This document shows positions 30,661 through 45,485 of a stretch of 64,000 nt of DNA, piece after piece. Each line of letters begins with the position of its first letter. The first letter of the stretch is position 1. This DNA comes from Piromyces finnis finn. Taxonomy: Eukaryota; Fungi; Neocallimastigomycota. The notes beneath the pieces are model-generated. The model was given only the letters and a program-made list of their open reading frames with translations, was not told the DNA's origin and searched no databases. Made by a program: the position numbers and the translations under genes. The stretch spans positions 620,001 through 684,000 of the forward strand of contig MCFH01000011.1 in assembly GCA_002104945.1 (NCBI GenBank), given 5' to 3'.

Positions 30661-33600
30661 TTATTTTTCATTATGAGATTTAGATTTGTATGTTTTTAAA
30701 CTATTATAAAGATTTTGCAATAAATTTAATTTATTTTCAACAATAAATTCCATTCTATTAACATAGACTATTATTATTATCATAGAAGTTATATATATGT
30801 CGGAAATATATAATTTTCAATAATTATATTAAAAATAATAATATAAAGAAAACCATAATAAATTAATTTATATTTCATGTATTATTAGTATTATTAATAT
30901 AATATACTTACAATCTATATCAAAGTCATTTTTAGCAACTTTTTTTAATAAATAATTTTCTTCTTCTTCATATTCCAAACACTTCTTTAAAGTATATGAA
31001 TGATTTTTTATCAAAGAATCTTCTTCCTGTAATTTATTATTTATTTCTTTATGCAACGAATAGAGTTCATCACAATCCATATAAATATTACTGTGTCCTT
31101 TATTATCTATTTAAAGAATTTATATAAAAAATAAAATAATTTAAATATTTATAGTTATAAAATAAAAAGTATATCTATCGAAAATATATAAATTATAAAT
31201 TTTTTAAAATTTACGCATTTTAATGACAGATTTTTTATTTTCATTTTTTTTTGATTCTTTATGGATATCATGTTCAATATTCATTGTATTTTCATCTATA
31301 TCAGAAGTAGAATTATTCGATATTGATTTATGTTCATAATATTCTTCATCATTAGAATCAGAATTTGTTTTATAATTTTCTTTTACTGGTGAATGTTTAA
31401 ATAGTGAATTTGGTTTAGAATCTTCTTTTACAAGTGAGTTTGAACTTGAACTTGTTGATATATTTGAACCTTTACTATTTAATGATGAAGTAGAAGTTTT
31501 ATTTTGTTTTAATTTCATATTACTATCTGAAGATTTTGATTTCAAAGGAGTATTTGCTTTACATCTAGAAGATGTCAAACTATTATTACTAGTATCTAAT
31601 TTTGAAATGGATGAAGTGAGTGCTTTAGAATTTATAGGCTTTGATGTATATGATTTAGATGAAGAACTAATTCTACTTGTACTACCACTAAGATTTTCTC
31701 TAGATTTTTTCTCTATTAATGATTTTAACTGTTTAGAGTTTGATATATTAATACTTTTGTCTTTAAAATAAATTATAATATTTATATTAAAGATCAATAT
31801 TTAAATATATTTTAAAAATTAGTTTATAATTAAAGAATTAATAATTTCGATATTTAGAATAGTCAATTAATTGTTATTACCACTAACGGTTTTAACACTT
31901 TTATAAGATTTAATTCTATTAGCATATCTAAGAGTATTGAGTGAATGATCACAAGATTTAGAACTTGGACTAATAGTAGCAACCATAACACTTTTACAAT
32001 TTTTACCGACTAAAGAATCTCTTAAAATTTGTGTTAATTTACTACCACGGAATGGAACATGATTAACATTGTCTGATTTTCTTGCCATATGAAGAGCGCG
32101 AATACATTCCTTAAGAGCTAATAAACTTTTATTAATTTCAGCACCTTCAATTCTAGCTTGTCTTGAAATATTACCGGTATCTTCACCTCTTTCAGAACCT
32201 GCTAAATCAATTAAAAGGAATCTTCCATGAATATTTAATCCAAAATCATTATTAGTTGAACCACCAATACCAACATGTTGTTGTTGTTGTAATAAAAATG
32301 TTGGATCACTATATTTTGAATCAGTATTTCCTTTTGGATAGGTGTATAAAGTCATTTGAAAAATTGCATGAGATCTTGAGGAGTCTGGATTGGCTTCAGT
32401 AGAACCAGTAGTTCTTACTTGACTACCTAAAATAAGCAATTTTTGTAAATCATCATATGATTCCACGGGTATTTCTTTTAATCCTAAGATTTGCATATCA
32501 CCATTTTTATCTTCCAGCATAGAAACTTTGTTTCTTTTATTAAATAAATCATACACTTTTCCACCATATATTTCAAAAAAGCATAAACTTAAAAGATATT
32601 GAGTGTCAGTATTATCTTCAAATTTTTCCTCAATCTTTTTGAAAACATCTTTACAAGCATATTCATATATACCTTTATCATAATTATCACTTGTACTATC
32701 TTTCACCTCATTTGATAATTTACCTCCAGATGGTCCAAATATTGTGTGTGTTTTTCCTGAACCGGTTTGACCATAAGCAAAAAAAGTTACCTTTCCCCCA
32801 TCAAAAAAATTTTCTACTAATGGTTTAGCAATATCTAAATAAATCATTTTATTTGTGGAATATTCATCATAAACATGATCAAAATAAAACTCGTGATTTT
32901 CAATCGTTTTGCTCATACTAACACTAGTTTTTGGTTCATGTAGATATAATTGAGAATTTGGATACTGTCCAGTTTTCGTAGTGATAATATCAAAAGTTTT
33001 TAATGATTTTTCTTTTATTTTTTAAATATTTTATATAATAAAATTAATGACAAATAATTGCTTAAAATAATTGAACTAATACAATAATATATACCCTTTT
33101 CATTTAATGGTCTTTTTCTTACACATATTTGTATAGTACTATCATCATTTATTTCTTGATTCGATTCTGATGATTCTATATAAAATGATTCGATTCGTAT
33201 TGTTATTAAAATGATTAAAATTGAGATTTATAGATATATTAAAATATTTAGTTTTTTAATAAACTATATAATAAAAATTCATTCAATATATAAAAATTTT
33301 ATATAAAAAAGAGTTCATCTATTTATATATTTTTATTTATATATGGAAATATACATTACCTACTTTATTATAAAAATCACATCTAAATTGCTCGATTAAT
33401 TGATGATATATAAAATTAGCTCGATCAGTTTCATTAAGTTCATCTAATAGTTTTCTATCTTCTGCTTGTTTTTGTCTTCTTTCTTCTCTAGCTTGCTTTA
33501 ATTTTTCAATTTCCATTAATGTTTTAGATGTTGATACAATATGTCCACTTTTTTGTGGTGTTGAATTTGATTCTAAATTTGAATTAATACTGGAGGTTGA

Positions 33601-34194
33601 TTTTTTAACATTTTTTGTTTTTAAATCTTTTTTTATATATTGAAGTTTTTAAAATTTTAGATAAAATTAATTATTTCATAAATAAAAACATATTTATATA
33701 ATAAAATTTAATAATTTCACTTAAAGAAAAAAATGCATTGTACTTTTTTTAGTTTTTTTTTTTTTTTTTTTTTTATTTATTTTTATTACTTCAATAAATT
33801 ATTAAAAATTATATATTATATAAAATAAAAAATAAATAATGGTAAAAATTAATACCAATACTTGATTTCGATTTATTAGTTGACTGGTGTTTATTATTAC
33901 TACTAATATGAAGACTTTCATTAGAACTTTCATTTCGTTTTTGTTGCATGTCTTTGATTTTTGATTGACGTGCTAGCGATGCCTTTAATTTATTGATTAA
34001 CAGATAATATAGAAAATAATATAAAAAAGAAAAATCATTTATATTTTTTTCTTATACTTTTTATTAATTTTATTTATTTATTTATTTATTTTTAATACAA
34101 GCTATCTATAATATATAATATTTACTTGTATAAGATGAGCTGGCGGTTTAAACCCACCTTTTGATTTTATATCAAAGTCCCCTGAATCACTCAT
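30661..34194 (-). CDS. Kinesin-13 family protein (KIF2/MCAK-like, internal motor domain), multi-exon
   Basis: Starts MSDSGDF at 34194. Neck LMEIEKLKQAREERRQKQ...ANFIYHQLIEQFR; ICVRKRPLNEK; P-loop GQTGSGKT; switch I NPDSSRSHAI; switch II LIDLAGSERG; HVPFRGSKLTQILRDS. The C-terminal coiled coil FYVNRMEFIVENKLNLLQNL resembles the KIF2 tail; stop at 30661-30663. Confidence 0.9.
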
Positions 34195-34344
34195 ACTTTT
34201 TAATAGCAATTGACTTTTTCTATATTCACTTAATTATTAATATGTAACACTAGATTCTATATTTTGCCAATCTATATTAATGTGATTAAACAAAATCTTA
34301 TAATAATGAAAGGTGATAAAAAAATAAAAATATTGTTATGCTTT

Positions 34345-34380
<36 letters not shown>

Positions 34381-35084
34381 AAGTTATTTAATGATATTAT
34401 AAAAAAATTCCAAACTTTAATTTATAATGTTTATAGTAAACCTAATTAACAACTTTTTTTTTTTTTTTTTTTCACAGTAATAATAAAATGAAATAAAAAT
34501 ATTATTTATACTATTCTCTAAATATAAGAAATAATTATTCAATATATATGTTTTTTTTTCATTTGGTTATAATATTTTTTCATTATTATTTCTTTATTCT
34601 TATATTTATCTATATTTAGTTAATATCAATAAAATAGTTTTTTTAATATTTAATTTTTAACTTAAAATATGATCAATTTCATAATTACATATAAAAGTTT
34701 AATTATTTTAAAAACTTTTTCTTCCTTTATATATTTCAAATTACTGCTTTTTTTTTTTTTTTTTTTCAATATTTATATAATAGAATAATTAAGAAAAAAT
34801 TATTTTATGTTATTTTATTTTATTTTATTTTACTTTATATTTAATTATTTATTTACTTATTATTGTTACATAGAAATATGGTAACTAATTTCTTAATAAG
34901 GTGATGTAGTAATAAGCTTCGACACACCTTAATTACTACATATAATAATATTATATTAATCAAACCTATGATTTATTTCTATAATAAATTCTTTTAAAAA
35001 TAAATTGTAAAAAGGTTTTTTTTTTTTTTTCTTTCTTTTCTTTCTTTTCATTTTTGATATTTATACTTCGTATTTTAATGCTTT

Positions 35085-35115
<31 letters not shown>

Positions 35116-35859
35116 TTTATTTATTAATAAATATCTTTAAAAATAATTAATGAAAAAACAAGCAAACAAATAAATATATAAAAATGTTGTTTAAAGAAAA
35201 TATTAAAAAATTAAATAAATAATAATAATAAAAAATTGATAAATTAATTATTAATATTTTAATTACTATTTACATTGTTTTTACCAAAATAAAAAAATAT
35301 TTAAAAAAAAAAATGTTTATGTTTATATGAAACTTTTATACTTGAATAAAAAATTATGCATGTATAAATATTCAAAAATGTAAAAAGAAAGGAATGAAAA
35401 TAGAATAAAAAATTGTTGATAATATTATATTCTTTCCGTTTTTTACCTTGTTATTTTCTTTTACTGTCTTTCTTTCTTATATGATAAAATGATCATTGCA
35501 TTTAAAAAAAAAAAAAAAAATTAATTTAATAATTTGGTTTCAATTTTTTATAGGTAAAAATAAACAAAGTATAATACTGAAAATCATCGAATTAAAAATA
35601 ATAATAATAAAATATACATATTTATATATATATTATAATTAATTTTCTCCAAAAGGTATATTAATAATTTTTATTCTGTTTTTTATATAAAAAGTGTATT
35701 GTTGAATTATTTTATATTTATTAATTAATTTAAAATAAGTGTGTCATTTATGAATTACTATTGGATTATATTAAATATTGCAATTAGCAAAAGGTATATT
35801 TTGTCTTTATTGAGAATATTTTGATTAAATAAAAATATATATATATGTAAAATTTCATC

Positions 35860-38800
35860 TTAATTTGAAAAATTGTTAGTGGGTATGGTATCATTTGAAT
35901 CAACTGCCATTAACGATTCAAAACTTAAAGTTGATTGCTGTTGAGGTTGATTTTTTAAAATATTAATTTCATCTTCGTTACGACTATTAGTTAATCCTGC
36001 ATTGTTTAATGAATTTTCATTAAGATTTGAACATGAACAAGCATCATCGTCCATATTCATATTATCTATACTATTTTTATTCTTTATTTGAAGAGTATCA
36101 CTAAACTCTTTTGCTTTGCTTAGTATCTCTTCTGTATCTTCTTCTATATCTTCAAAATCTTTATCATTAAGAATATCAAGACCACTTCCAAAATCTAATA
36201 CTTCAAACCATGTACGCCCACCTTCTCTTTGAACAGCACAAACTAATCTTCTTTCATCCATTCGTACTCTCCAAACACCTTGTACACCACGTATTAACTC
36301 TCTTACATATTTACCATAAGTCACATTTTTACTTATTCCTGTGCGTGTATCAGATAACAATTTATTTGATTTTGAAGGTCCAGTGGAACACAATTCCCAT
36401 AATTTTACACCACCATCACTACCAGATACAATTCTATTCAATTTTGGATCATGATGGAAACATGAAATTGCAGCTTGATGTCCATTTAATACTGACATAC
36501 ATTGACCAGTTTCTGCAGACCAAATTCTAAGTGTTGAATCAGCAGCACCAGATATTATATAGTTTGGCGATATTTCTAACAAACCAACCAATGAACTATG
36601 ACCTTCCAAATTAAAAAGACATTCACCAGAAGTAGTACTCCAAACACGGACATTAAAATCCATACTACCACTTGCAGCTTTTTGAAGTTCAGGAGAATAA
36701 CCAATACTGTATACTTTTTCACGATGACCTCTTAAAATAAATGTATTATCACCCGAAGATATATTCCATATTCTAACTGTATGATCATAACTACCACTTA
36801 CTAATACATTACCACTACCTGCTATTGCTCTTACAGAATCTGTATGACCATTTAATAATTTTAAAAAGTATGGATTATTACTATTTGATCCATTACCATA
36901 ATCGCTTGAATTATATGGAGGATCTTTCTTAATGTCTGGTAATTTCCATATTCTAAGATTTGAATCTCTTGAACCAGTAATAATAACTGGGAATTCTGGT
37001 TCAACATTATGTGTTATTGGGTTTTCAGTTGGTGTTACAATAATTAAACATCTTACTGTACTTGTATGACCATGAAATTTATGGGTACAACGACCTTCCT
37101 CAATATCCCATACACGTACTGTACGATCAGTACTTCCACTAACAAGAGTATTTTTCCAGTATTGTAATGCCCATACACCACCATTATGACCTTCCAATTT
37201 TTTAAGTAATTGTCCAGTTTTAGTATCATAAACGTTAATAGTTTGATCATCAGATCCCGATATAATCCTATCTGAGTCAAACTGCAAACATGTAACTACA
37301 TTTTGCTCATGACCTGAAAATGATATTTGATGGCATCGACCATGTTGCCAATTATGGTTCAAAAGATAATTACGACGATATAAACGTTTGTAAAAATTTT
37401 GAGGGCAATTCTTTATAAATTCATATTCTGATGAATTTATAACTTCAAATATATATATATATATAAAACAATATAGTAAAAATATATATATTAGTGAAAA
37501 ATAAATTTAATTTATTCTATTTATAAATGCTTATTAAAATTAAATAAAGTATCGATTTATTAATGATAATTCTATTCATAAAATAATTATATATTTATAT
37601 AATACCTTGCATATCATTTGCTAATTTATAATTTAAATTATTAAATGATTGTGATGAAGGGTAGGATAAATTATTATTTTGGCCATCTCCTAAAGAATTA
37701 TTTATTGGTATAGTAGGATTATTCATGGCTGTAATATTTTGATTTGGAGATACAGTGAATGAGGATGAAGATGAATATGATGTTGAAGAATTTGAACTAG
37801 ATGCGGACAAAGCATCCATTAAAAATTCAGAATTTGGATGTTTTAGTAATAATAATTGTGAAGCCTTTTTAGCTTTGGCTTTTAATTTTCTTTGTTTATA
37901 CTCTGTTAAAATGGCACGAATTTTTTCTTCATCATACCATTGTTTTTCTATTAGTTTCTGCTTCCATATAGCTAATTCTGCACCTGGTGAATCAATAATC
38001 TTCTTCCAGGAATGGCATACCATCATACAATGATAAATATCTTCAATGTCTAAATAGTTTAAAATTTTATAAGTTAATTCCACAGGAAGTAATGAAATAA
38101 TATCATATTTCAGTACTGGAAGAATTAATGATGATACAAATTGAAGAGTAGACACTGGGCATCTTTTTAAAAGACGCAATAAAACAAGACTTTGAGTATT
38201 TGAATTTAATTCATCATACATAGTTACAATATTTGGAACATCTGAGAGTGCTGTTGGTGGAGAACTTCCACTATATGGAGATAGCGGATCTTGATTACCC
38301 TGATTATGAGATCTTTTCCCATATTGACTATAATCATCATACATTTCTTGATCGGAACAAGTTTCACATTTACCACAAGTACATTGATTATAATAATCAT
38401 GTGAGGATTTTAATGCATCTGGATTTTGATTATTATTATTATTATTATTAGTTGTAATGATAGGATTTAAATATGTAGATGGATAGCTTGATGATAATTT
38501 ACTATCTAAAGATTTATACTTCTCCATTGAAGAATAATATTGACGATCAAACATTTTTCCCTCTCCTACTAATTCATCATCTTCTTCCTCTTCTTCAAAT
38601 AAACTTTCTTCTTCATCAGTATCTTCTTCTGTAAATCCTCTAAAATTATTTTTATTATACACTGTTTTCCTTGAGTAGGATCCATTAATTTCAATATTTT
38701 CATTGTCATCCAATTCCAAAACTTCATCATCACCTAATCCGCCCTTTTGTTTATGACTATTTGGTTTATTAATATGAGATGGAGATTTCTCTTGTGAATT

Positions 38801-39591
38801 AATTACATTGTTTTGTCTATTTTTATGATGATGATCATCATGGCTACTTACACTTGCATCTCTTGTTGCCATAACTTCATCACCATCAATCTCATTATTT
38901 GGTATATTGATTGAATGATTAGAATTTTCAACTGGTGATGATAAAAATTGACGCGACTCATTAATAGGGGTTGGAGATAATGTTGGGCTAGGTAAATTTT
39001 TAATATTTGTACTTGAACTTGCTGAGGTATCTATTTTTTTATAAAACAAAAAATACAATAATCAAATAAATTTATTAATCTTTAAATTTAAAAAAAAAAA
39101 TTAATATATTTATTTACCATGTCTATTCTTCTTTTTCAATAATGTTTTTTCATCATTGGCTTCATTCATTAAAGAAGTATCATTCTTTTATAGAAAAGAT
39201 AATTATATATATTAATTAGTTTGTAAACTTTTAACAGCTTTAAATTTATAAACTTTTATATTTAAAATAAATAAATTACTATTTTTTTATAAGTAGGAAC
39301 ACCATTATTATCATAACAAAAACGCTTCAAGGATGTTTGTAAATTTGCCAAAGGGTATTCAGATGGATCTAATTTACTGGGTAAATGGGTATTTGATAAT
39401 AACAATGGTGGTTCTGTTGAGGTTTTTGTTACAACTGTTGTAACACATTTTGGAGCAAGAGAAAATCTTCCATATGTAGATCTTCTTGACATATTATTGT
39501 GTTTATTATGACTATTGGCTTTTAATCCATAGTTATGATAGGATTGGTTTGGATTAGGGGGTTGTTGATGACTAATTTTATTTGATTTCAT
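35860..39591 (-). CDS. CDC4: F-box/WD40 SCF substrate receptor Cdc4 (Fbxw7 family), 4 exons
   Basis: Exons 39591-39280, 39184-39118, 39030-37606, 37442-35860. Fungal Cdc4 N-terminal TTVVTKT...PPLL...LDPSEYPLA motif, dimerisation helix LLRLLKRCPVSTLQFV, F-box DIISLLPVELTYKILNYLD, and a WD40 propeller (VVTCLQFD, GHNGGVWAL, GHTSTVRC, GHTDSVRA). Confidence 0.92.
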
Positions 39592-41905
39592 CTTTTACTT
39601 TGTAAATATAAATATTTCAATATTTATATTTTTATGAATAAAGTTGTATTTAAATTACTGCTGAATATTAATTTATGAATAAAGTATTATTATATATTAA
39701 TAACTGTCTGGAAAATATTAAATGAATATAACAAATATCTTTTTAAAACATTTTTAATTTGAAATTAAAAAATATTTTATTAATATTTGAAAATTTTTAA
39801 ATTTATAGGTAAAATTTAAAAAATATTTAGAAGTTTAGGTAATAATTCTCTTTGTTGTTGTTTTTGTTGTTGTTGTTTTAGTAGAATGATTCGTTTTTAA
39901 AATTTATATTTTTTACTTTATTTACTTTTTTTTTTTATTTTTGAGTATCAAATTTAATTTTTCCTTTTTATTTATTAGTTTTTTTTTTTAGTTATTTCTT
40001 TTGACTTTTAAATTTTATAATATTATACTCTTAAAAAAAAGAAAAAAATACATTTTAATAAAATGAAAAAAAAAAGTATATTTAGATATAATTATTAAAT
40101 GTAATTGTTCCAAATAAATATGTTTCTTAATTTATTGAGTTGATAGTCAGATATATTAAAATATTATTTTGAACTTTTCAGTTTGTTACTAAAAATTAAA
40201 AGTATTCAATTGGTTTTTATGTTGTATTATTTTTTATGATTATTACAAAAAAACACTTGGATTATTATAATGTATATAAATAATATTTTTTTTCGTTTTT
40301 TAATAATATTAAAATAAAATAAAATAAGAAACTTTTTTTTAATCAATAAATCAAATTAATTTATAGTTTAACTAAAATGGAATGAAATTTAATAACAACA
40401 ATTTAGTTTAATATTAATAAAAATATATAAACTAAATTGGTTTCAAAAATTATATTTTGTTTTAGTAATTAAATTTTTTTTTTTTAAAAAAAAAAAAAAG
40501 AGAGAGAGTATAAGTTAATTATTTTTAAAGAAGCAAGCAAAATATAATAACTATTATTTCTTTAAATTTTAATAGTCATAATATGCTTTTTCTTTTTTTT
40601 TTTTTTAAGATCAACAAAAATAAATACTAGAAAAAAAAAAAAAGGAACTTTTTAATAAAAGAAAAATATTAATAAAATAATTTTTTAATAATAATTTTAT
40701 TAATAATTTTTATTTATTTAATATTAATTAATAATTTTTTATTTATTCTTTATATATTCAAAATATAATAAATATTAATTATTATTTCTCCTATTTATTT
40801 ATTTATTTATTTATTAGAATTTCATATAAATTTATTTAATTATTATTCATTTATTCATTCATTAAAACCAATTAATATTAGAAAATAAAATTTATTTAGT
40901 TAATAATTATTTATTCATTCATTAAAATTAATAATTTTTATATATAAAAAAAAAGGAGATAAATTAAAAGAAAAAAATAAACTAAAAATCACAAGTTCAG
41001 TTTTTATTTTTTGATTGTAATAATGGATAAATAAGACTATTTCTTTTCTTTATTACATTTTTATCATAATAAAGAAAGGTAATAATGTTATAAATGAGAA
41101 AATAGATATAACCAATACTTATTTATTATTTATATTAACAATTAATAAGATTACTTTTTATACTTTCAATAAAATTCTAAAAATAATGAAGATGTTTATA
41201 AAAATCTTTCTTCAATAATTATTTTTTTTTATTTAGATAAAGTTTTTATTATGTTTTTTGTTTTATTCTATTTGTTTTTTAATCTACTTTTACTTTATAT
41301 TAATTATAAAATATTAAATAAGAATTAAATATATGTAATTAATATATATTATTAAAAAAACGTTTTATATTTTTATTTTAAAACTTTAAATATTTAAAAT
41401 TAACTCACACAATTTTAAAATTTGAAATTTTAATAGTATTATTTTAATAAAAAAAAAAAAAATAAAAATAAAAAACTATATTTAAAAATGGATTAGTCAT
41501 ACCAATAAAGAAGAAAAGAAATATTATTAATAGCAAAGAACATTTTATATATTATCATAATATTTATGTACCAGAATATCTTTAAAATAAGATTTAATAG
41601 AAAAAAACTTAATATTTTTAAAATTTTATTTATTATATCTTCCATTTCTTTACTTTTCTTTTCCCAGTATAATATAAAATAAATATTAATAATAGATCTT
41701 TTTATTTTTTATGAAATTTTATTATATATAAAATAAAATAAAACTATTATATGTAATAATTATTTTATTATTCTATCTACAACATACTAAATTCTATAAT
41801 CAAAAATATTAATATTATTTATAAAAATTATATATTCATTTAAATAATATAAATATATATTATATTTTTAATATAAAGTTCTCATTCGAAATTTAATATA
41901 AAGTC

Positions 41906-42762
41906 TTAGTAGCAAAGTTCAGTTTCAACAGTATTAACATTGTAACAAATATTTCTATATTCTATAAAATATTAAATATATAATAATTAATATTAAATGT
42001 TAATTTTAGTATTATAATATATGATGTTTTAAACTTACTGCTACCACTGGCATACATAAATTGATTTATACTACGACGATGACGAATATGAGTACTAGAA
42101 AGCTTAGTAGGTTGAGAACTGTCATCATTATCGAGAGAATTAATAATAACAATCTTATTACGAAGAAGATCAACAAAATTAGCTGATGGACCTCTAGTAA
42201 GTAAATTTCTAAGGTAATCAGACATTTCACCAGTTTCATCTGGTGAATTTCCACTCTCCATGGTTACACTACGTTTTTGACGTTGTTTTAATTCATCATT
42301 ATCAGTACTCTTTTTTACTTCATCCTTTTCATTTTCATTATTAATTTCATCATTAATATTTTTTGGTGGAACCTGAGCATTTCCATTCATATCGACATAA
42401 ACTTCGTTTAATCTTTCTACATCTTCTTTAGAAAATTCAAAGTCATCTTTTTTATCAACAGGAATTGGATTTCTAAGGTTATTCATATCAATTCCATTTC
42501 CAGAAAATTGACTATTACGTTGAAGGGCATTATCAGCTTTTCCTGTATGTCTTTTATAAATATAATTACCCATAATTATTGCATATATTATTCCAAGGAA
42601 TAAAATGACGAGGCCTAAAAGAGCACCATATTTATTAGTAGAAAAGGAAGTACTATTAACTTCATTTTCTATAATTTTCATTTGTTTTTTTGTTTTTCCA
42701 ATTACGTTTTCATTTTTAGATTCATTAACAGCTGAAGAATTTTTTCTATTTTTTACTGCCAT
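41906..42762 (-). CDS. Orphan single-pass type II membrane protein with two R-x-K/R-R sites, about 259 aa, 2 exons
   Basis: The ORF track start at 42780 is a GTG; the likelier start is ATG at 42762 (aaaaATGG). Exon 42762-42039, a GTAAGT...TAG intron of 77 bp, exon 41961-41906; 780 nt in frame. One hydrophobic helix YGALLGLVILFLGIIYAIIMG. Confidence 0.75.
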
Positions 42763-44762
42763 TTTTAATGATTCAAACACTATTTTATATTATAATTTAA
42801 AAACCTATTATATAATATGTAAAATATTTTATTAAAAATTTTTTCGAAAAAGTTTATTAATACTAATATATATTACTACACAATATATTTAACTATTGAA
42901 AAGGATTTTCTTCTCATTAACTTTTTTTTTTTTTTTTTTAATATATTTGTAAATATATCAATATATCAATTATAATTTTATTACTATTCTATTTTGATTA
43001 AAATATTTTTAATTTATTATATCTATTATAAAATTATATTCAATATATTCAATTAAGTTTAATTTTAATGTCTTTTTATTTACTAAGAGCCTTATTTCTT
43101 ACATTTAATTACTGTTTTTCTTTTAATATATTATTTTATATAAATCTTTAGTAACAGTTATATATCGACTTTTATTTTTTATTTTTTTTAGTAAATACCA
43201 TATAACTTTTCTTTTATATTATTTTTAAATACGCATATTTTTCAATTTTATTTATTCTTGTTTTTTAATAATAAAAATTAAAGTATTACAATTATCTGCT
43301 TTTTTTTTCCGGTTTATTTTTATTATTTTTTTTTTATTTAATAATGTTAGGTATATAAAAAATTAATTTTTAAAGAAAAGAAAAAGGTATTTTTTATCTT
43401 ATTTATAGTTAATACCTTTTTTATTTTTATATAATTGCTTTAATTATACATTAACAAGTGATATACAATTCACGTCAATAAACCTATAAATGAGGAGAAT
43501 TTATAAAAAAAAGAATTTTCATTTTACATTTTATGTTAATAATTACTATACCTAATTTATTAAATAAGCATTAATTAAAAGTAATTTTATTGTAATAAAA
43601 ATCTTCTATTATTAATTTTATTTATTAATATTAATATCTTCTTTAATAATATAATTAAAATAAAATAAAATGAATGATTATTTGTATTTGCAATTATGAA
43701 TAATATATTATATATATATTCTTTGGAATATGATAGAGTAAATTGAGGTAACTATTTTTACTTTTTTTACTCAATTCATCCATTAAAATAATAAATTCAT
43801 AATTAATTCGGCAATCTAATTTCATTATTATAAAATATAATTTTAATTAAAAAATTATATTTATTATACCTATACTTTAATTAAATGTTACTATAAATAT
43901 ATTTAAGATAGAATTTTAAATATTAATAAAATATAGGATTTTAATAAAAATGATGTTTGGTAATAGGTTAGAAATTATGAAGAATTATAAATATTATTTT
44001 TACTTGAAAATCCATAAAAAAGTAAAAACTTTTTTTTTTTATAAAGATTGTTTATAATTAATAAACTAAAAAAATGAATAATAAATCTTATTAACGAAAT
44101 AAATCTATTTATTAATCATTTTTAATATTCCTTTAAAAATTACTAAAATTTATTTTAGTAAATAGATTCTACTATAAACTATTAAACTATTAAAGAAAAT
44201 ATTAATCTTGCCTTAACATATATTTTAAAATTTTATAACACTTAATGATTATCAAAAAAATTTCTTTTATTGTTAGTTTTTTTTTTTTTTTTTTTTTTTT
44301 CATTTATTAAACTAAATAGGTTAACACAATTGTGTGTTAATTATATGTTCAATAGAAAATTAACATATTATTCTTTTATAATAAAGTGCTAAATAACTTT
44401 ATGTTTATTAGTATATTTAAAATTTATAATATTCTAATAATTTTCTTATAATTAGTATTTTTTTTTTTTATTATATTATTAAGTATATCTTTTCATAATG
44501 TTTCAATTTAAGTTTATTAAAGGTTATAACAGTAAACATTATACAAGTAATAAATATATATAAGCTCATTTTTAATATAAAATATACTATTATAATATTT
44601 ATTCTTGTAATTATTTTGTTATATTTTGTTATTTTATTATTATTTTATTGTATATATTATGTGAATTATGTAAATAAATGTATATATGAAGATATTAAGG
44701 AACAATATATACTTTATTATATTATTCCTACAAAAAAATTTATATTTCTATAATTAACAATA

Positions 44763-44793
<31 letters not shown>

Positions 44794-45154
44794 GTTGTTA
44801 TTGTTATTATTAATTCCTATGTAATATTATTTATTTATTGATATGAAATAACACTTTTTTTTATTATTTTTTATTATTTGCTTGTTTATTATATTAAATA
44901 TATATATATATTTTTGAAAACAAAATTATTTTAGTATTTTGCAATAGTTTTTTATAAAGATAGAACAGCTTAATCACTATTATTCTCTTTTAAAAAGTTG
45001 TCTATTTCCATAATCTATATATATATATATTTAAATAAAAAGGGAAATTAATAATAAAAGTTTTGATAAGCTTTAGTATATGTTTTTATTATAAATACTA
45101 TTTCTATTATATACCATATTTGAACTGTCTTGTAAATCGACATTTTTATCATCC

Positions 45155-45156
<2 letters not shown>

Positions 45157-45194
<38 letters not shown>

Positions 45195-45216
45195 TTTTTG
45201 TTTTTGTTTTTGTTTT
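45157..45216. repeat. Poly-T run of about 37 nt followed by (TTTTTG)n
   Basis: Read directly. Confidence 0.85.
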
Positions 45217-45485
45217 AATAATAGTAATAATTATGAATATAATTAATACATGTTAAATATTTATTATTAGCATAAATTTAACATAAAAGTTTGGCTTTAT
45301 CAGAAAAAAAAAATTTTTTTTATTAAATACCTCAGAAATTGTTTTCTCTACTTCATTATTATTTGAAATATTTTCAGCTATAATTATATTTATTAATGTT
45401 TTAAATTTTGATTATTTAAATAAAGATAAAAAAATATTTAAATAGTTAATAATTTATACTTAGGAATTGAAATAAAAAAATAAAA

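Noticed and set aside
34904-34941. 10-bp inverted repeat (atgtagtaat...attactacat) forming a small hairpin
   Set aside because: Short and AT-rich, so expected by chance in this composition; no target-site duplication or second copy was seen.
41906-42100. Resemblance of the C-terminal VETELC to the ITM2B/BRI2 furin-released peptide (VETLIC)
   Set aside because: No BRICHOS domain or its cysteines lie upstream and the Cys spacing differs, so this is an analogy at best.
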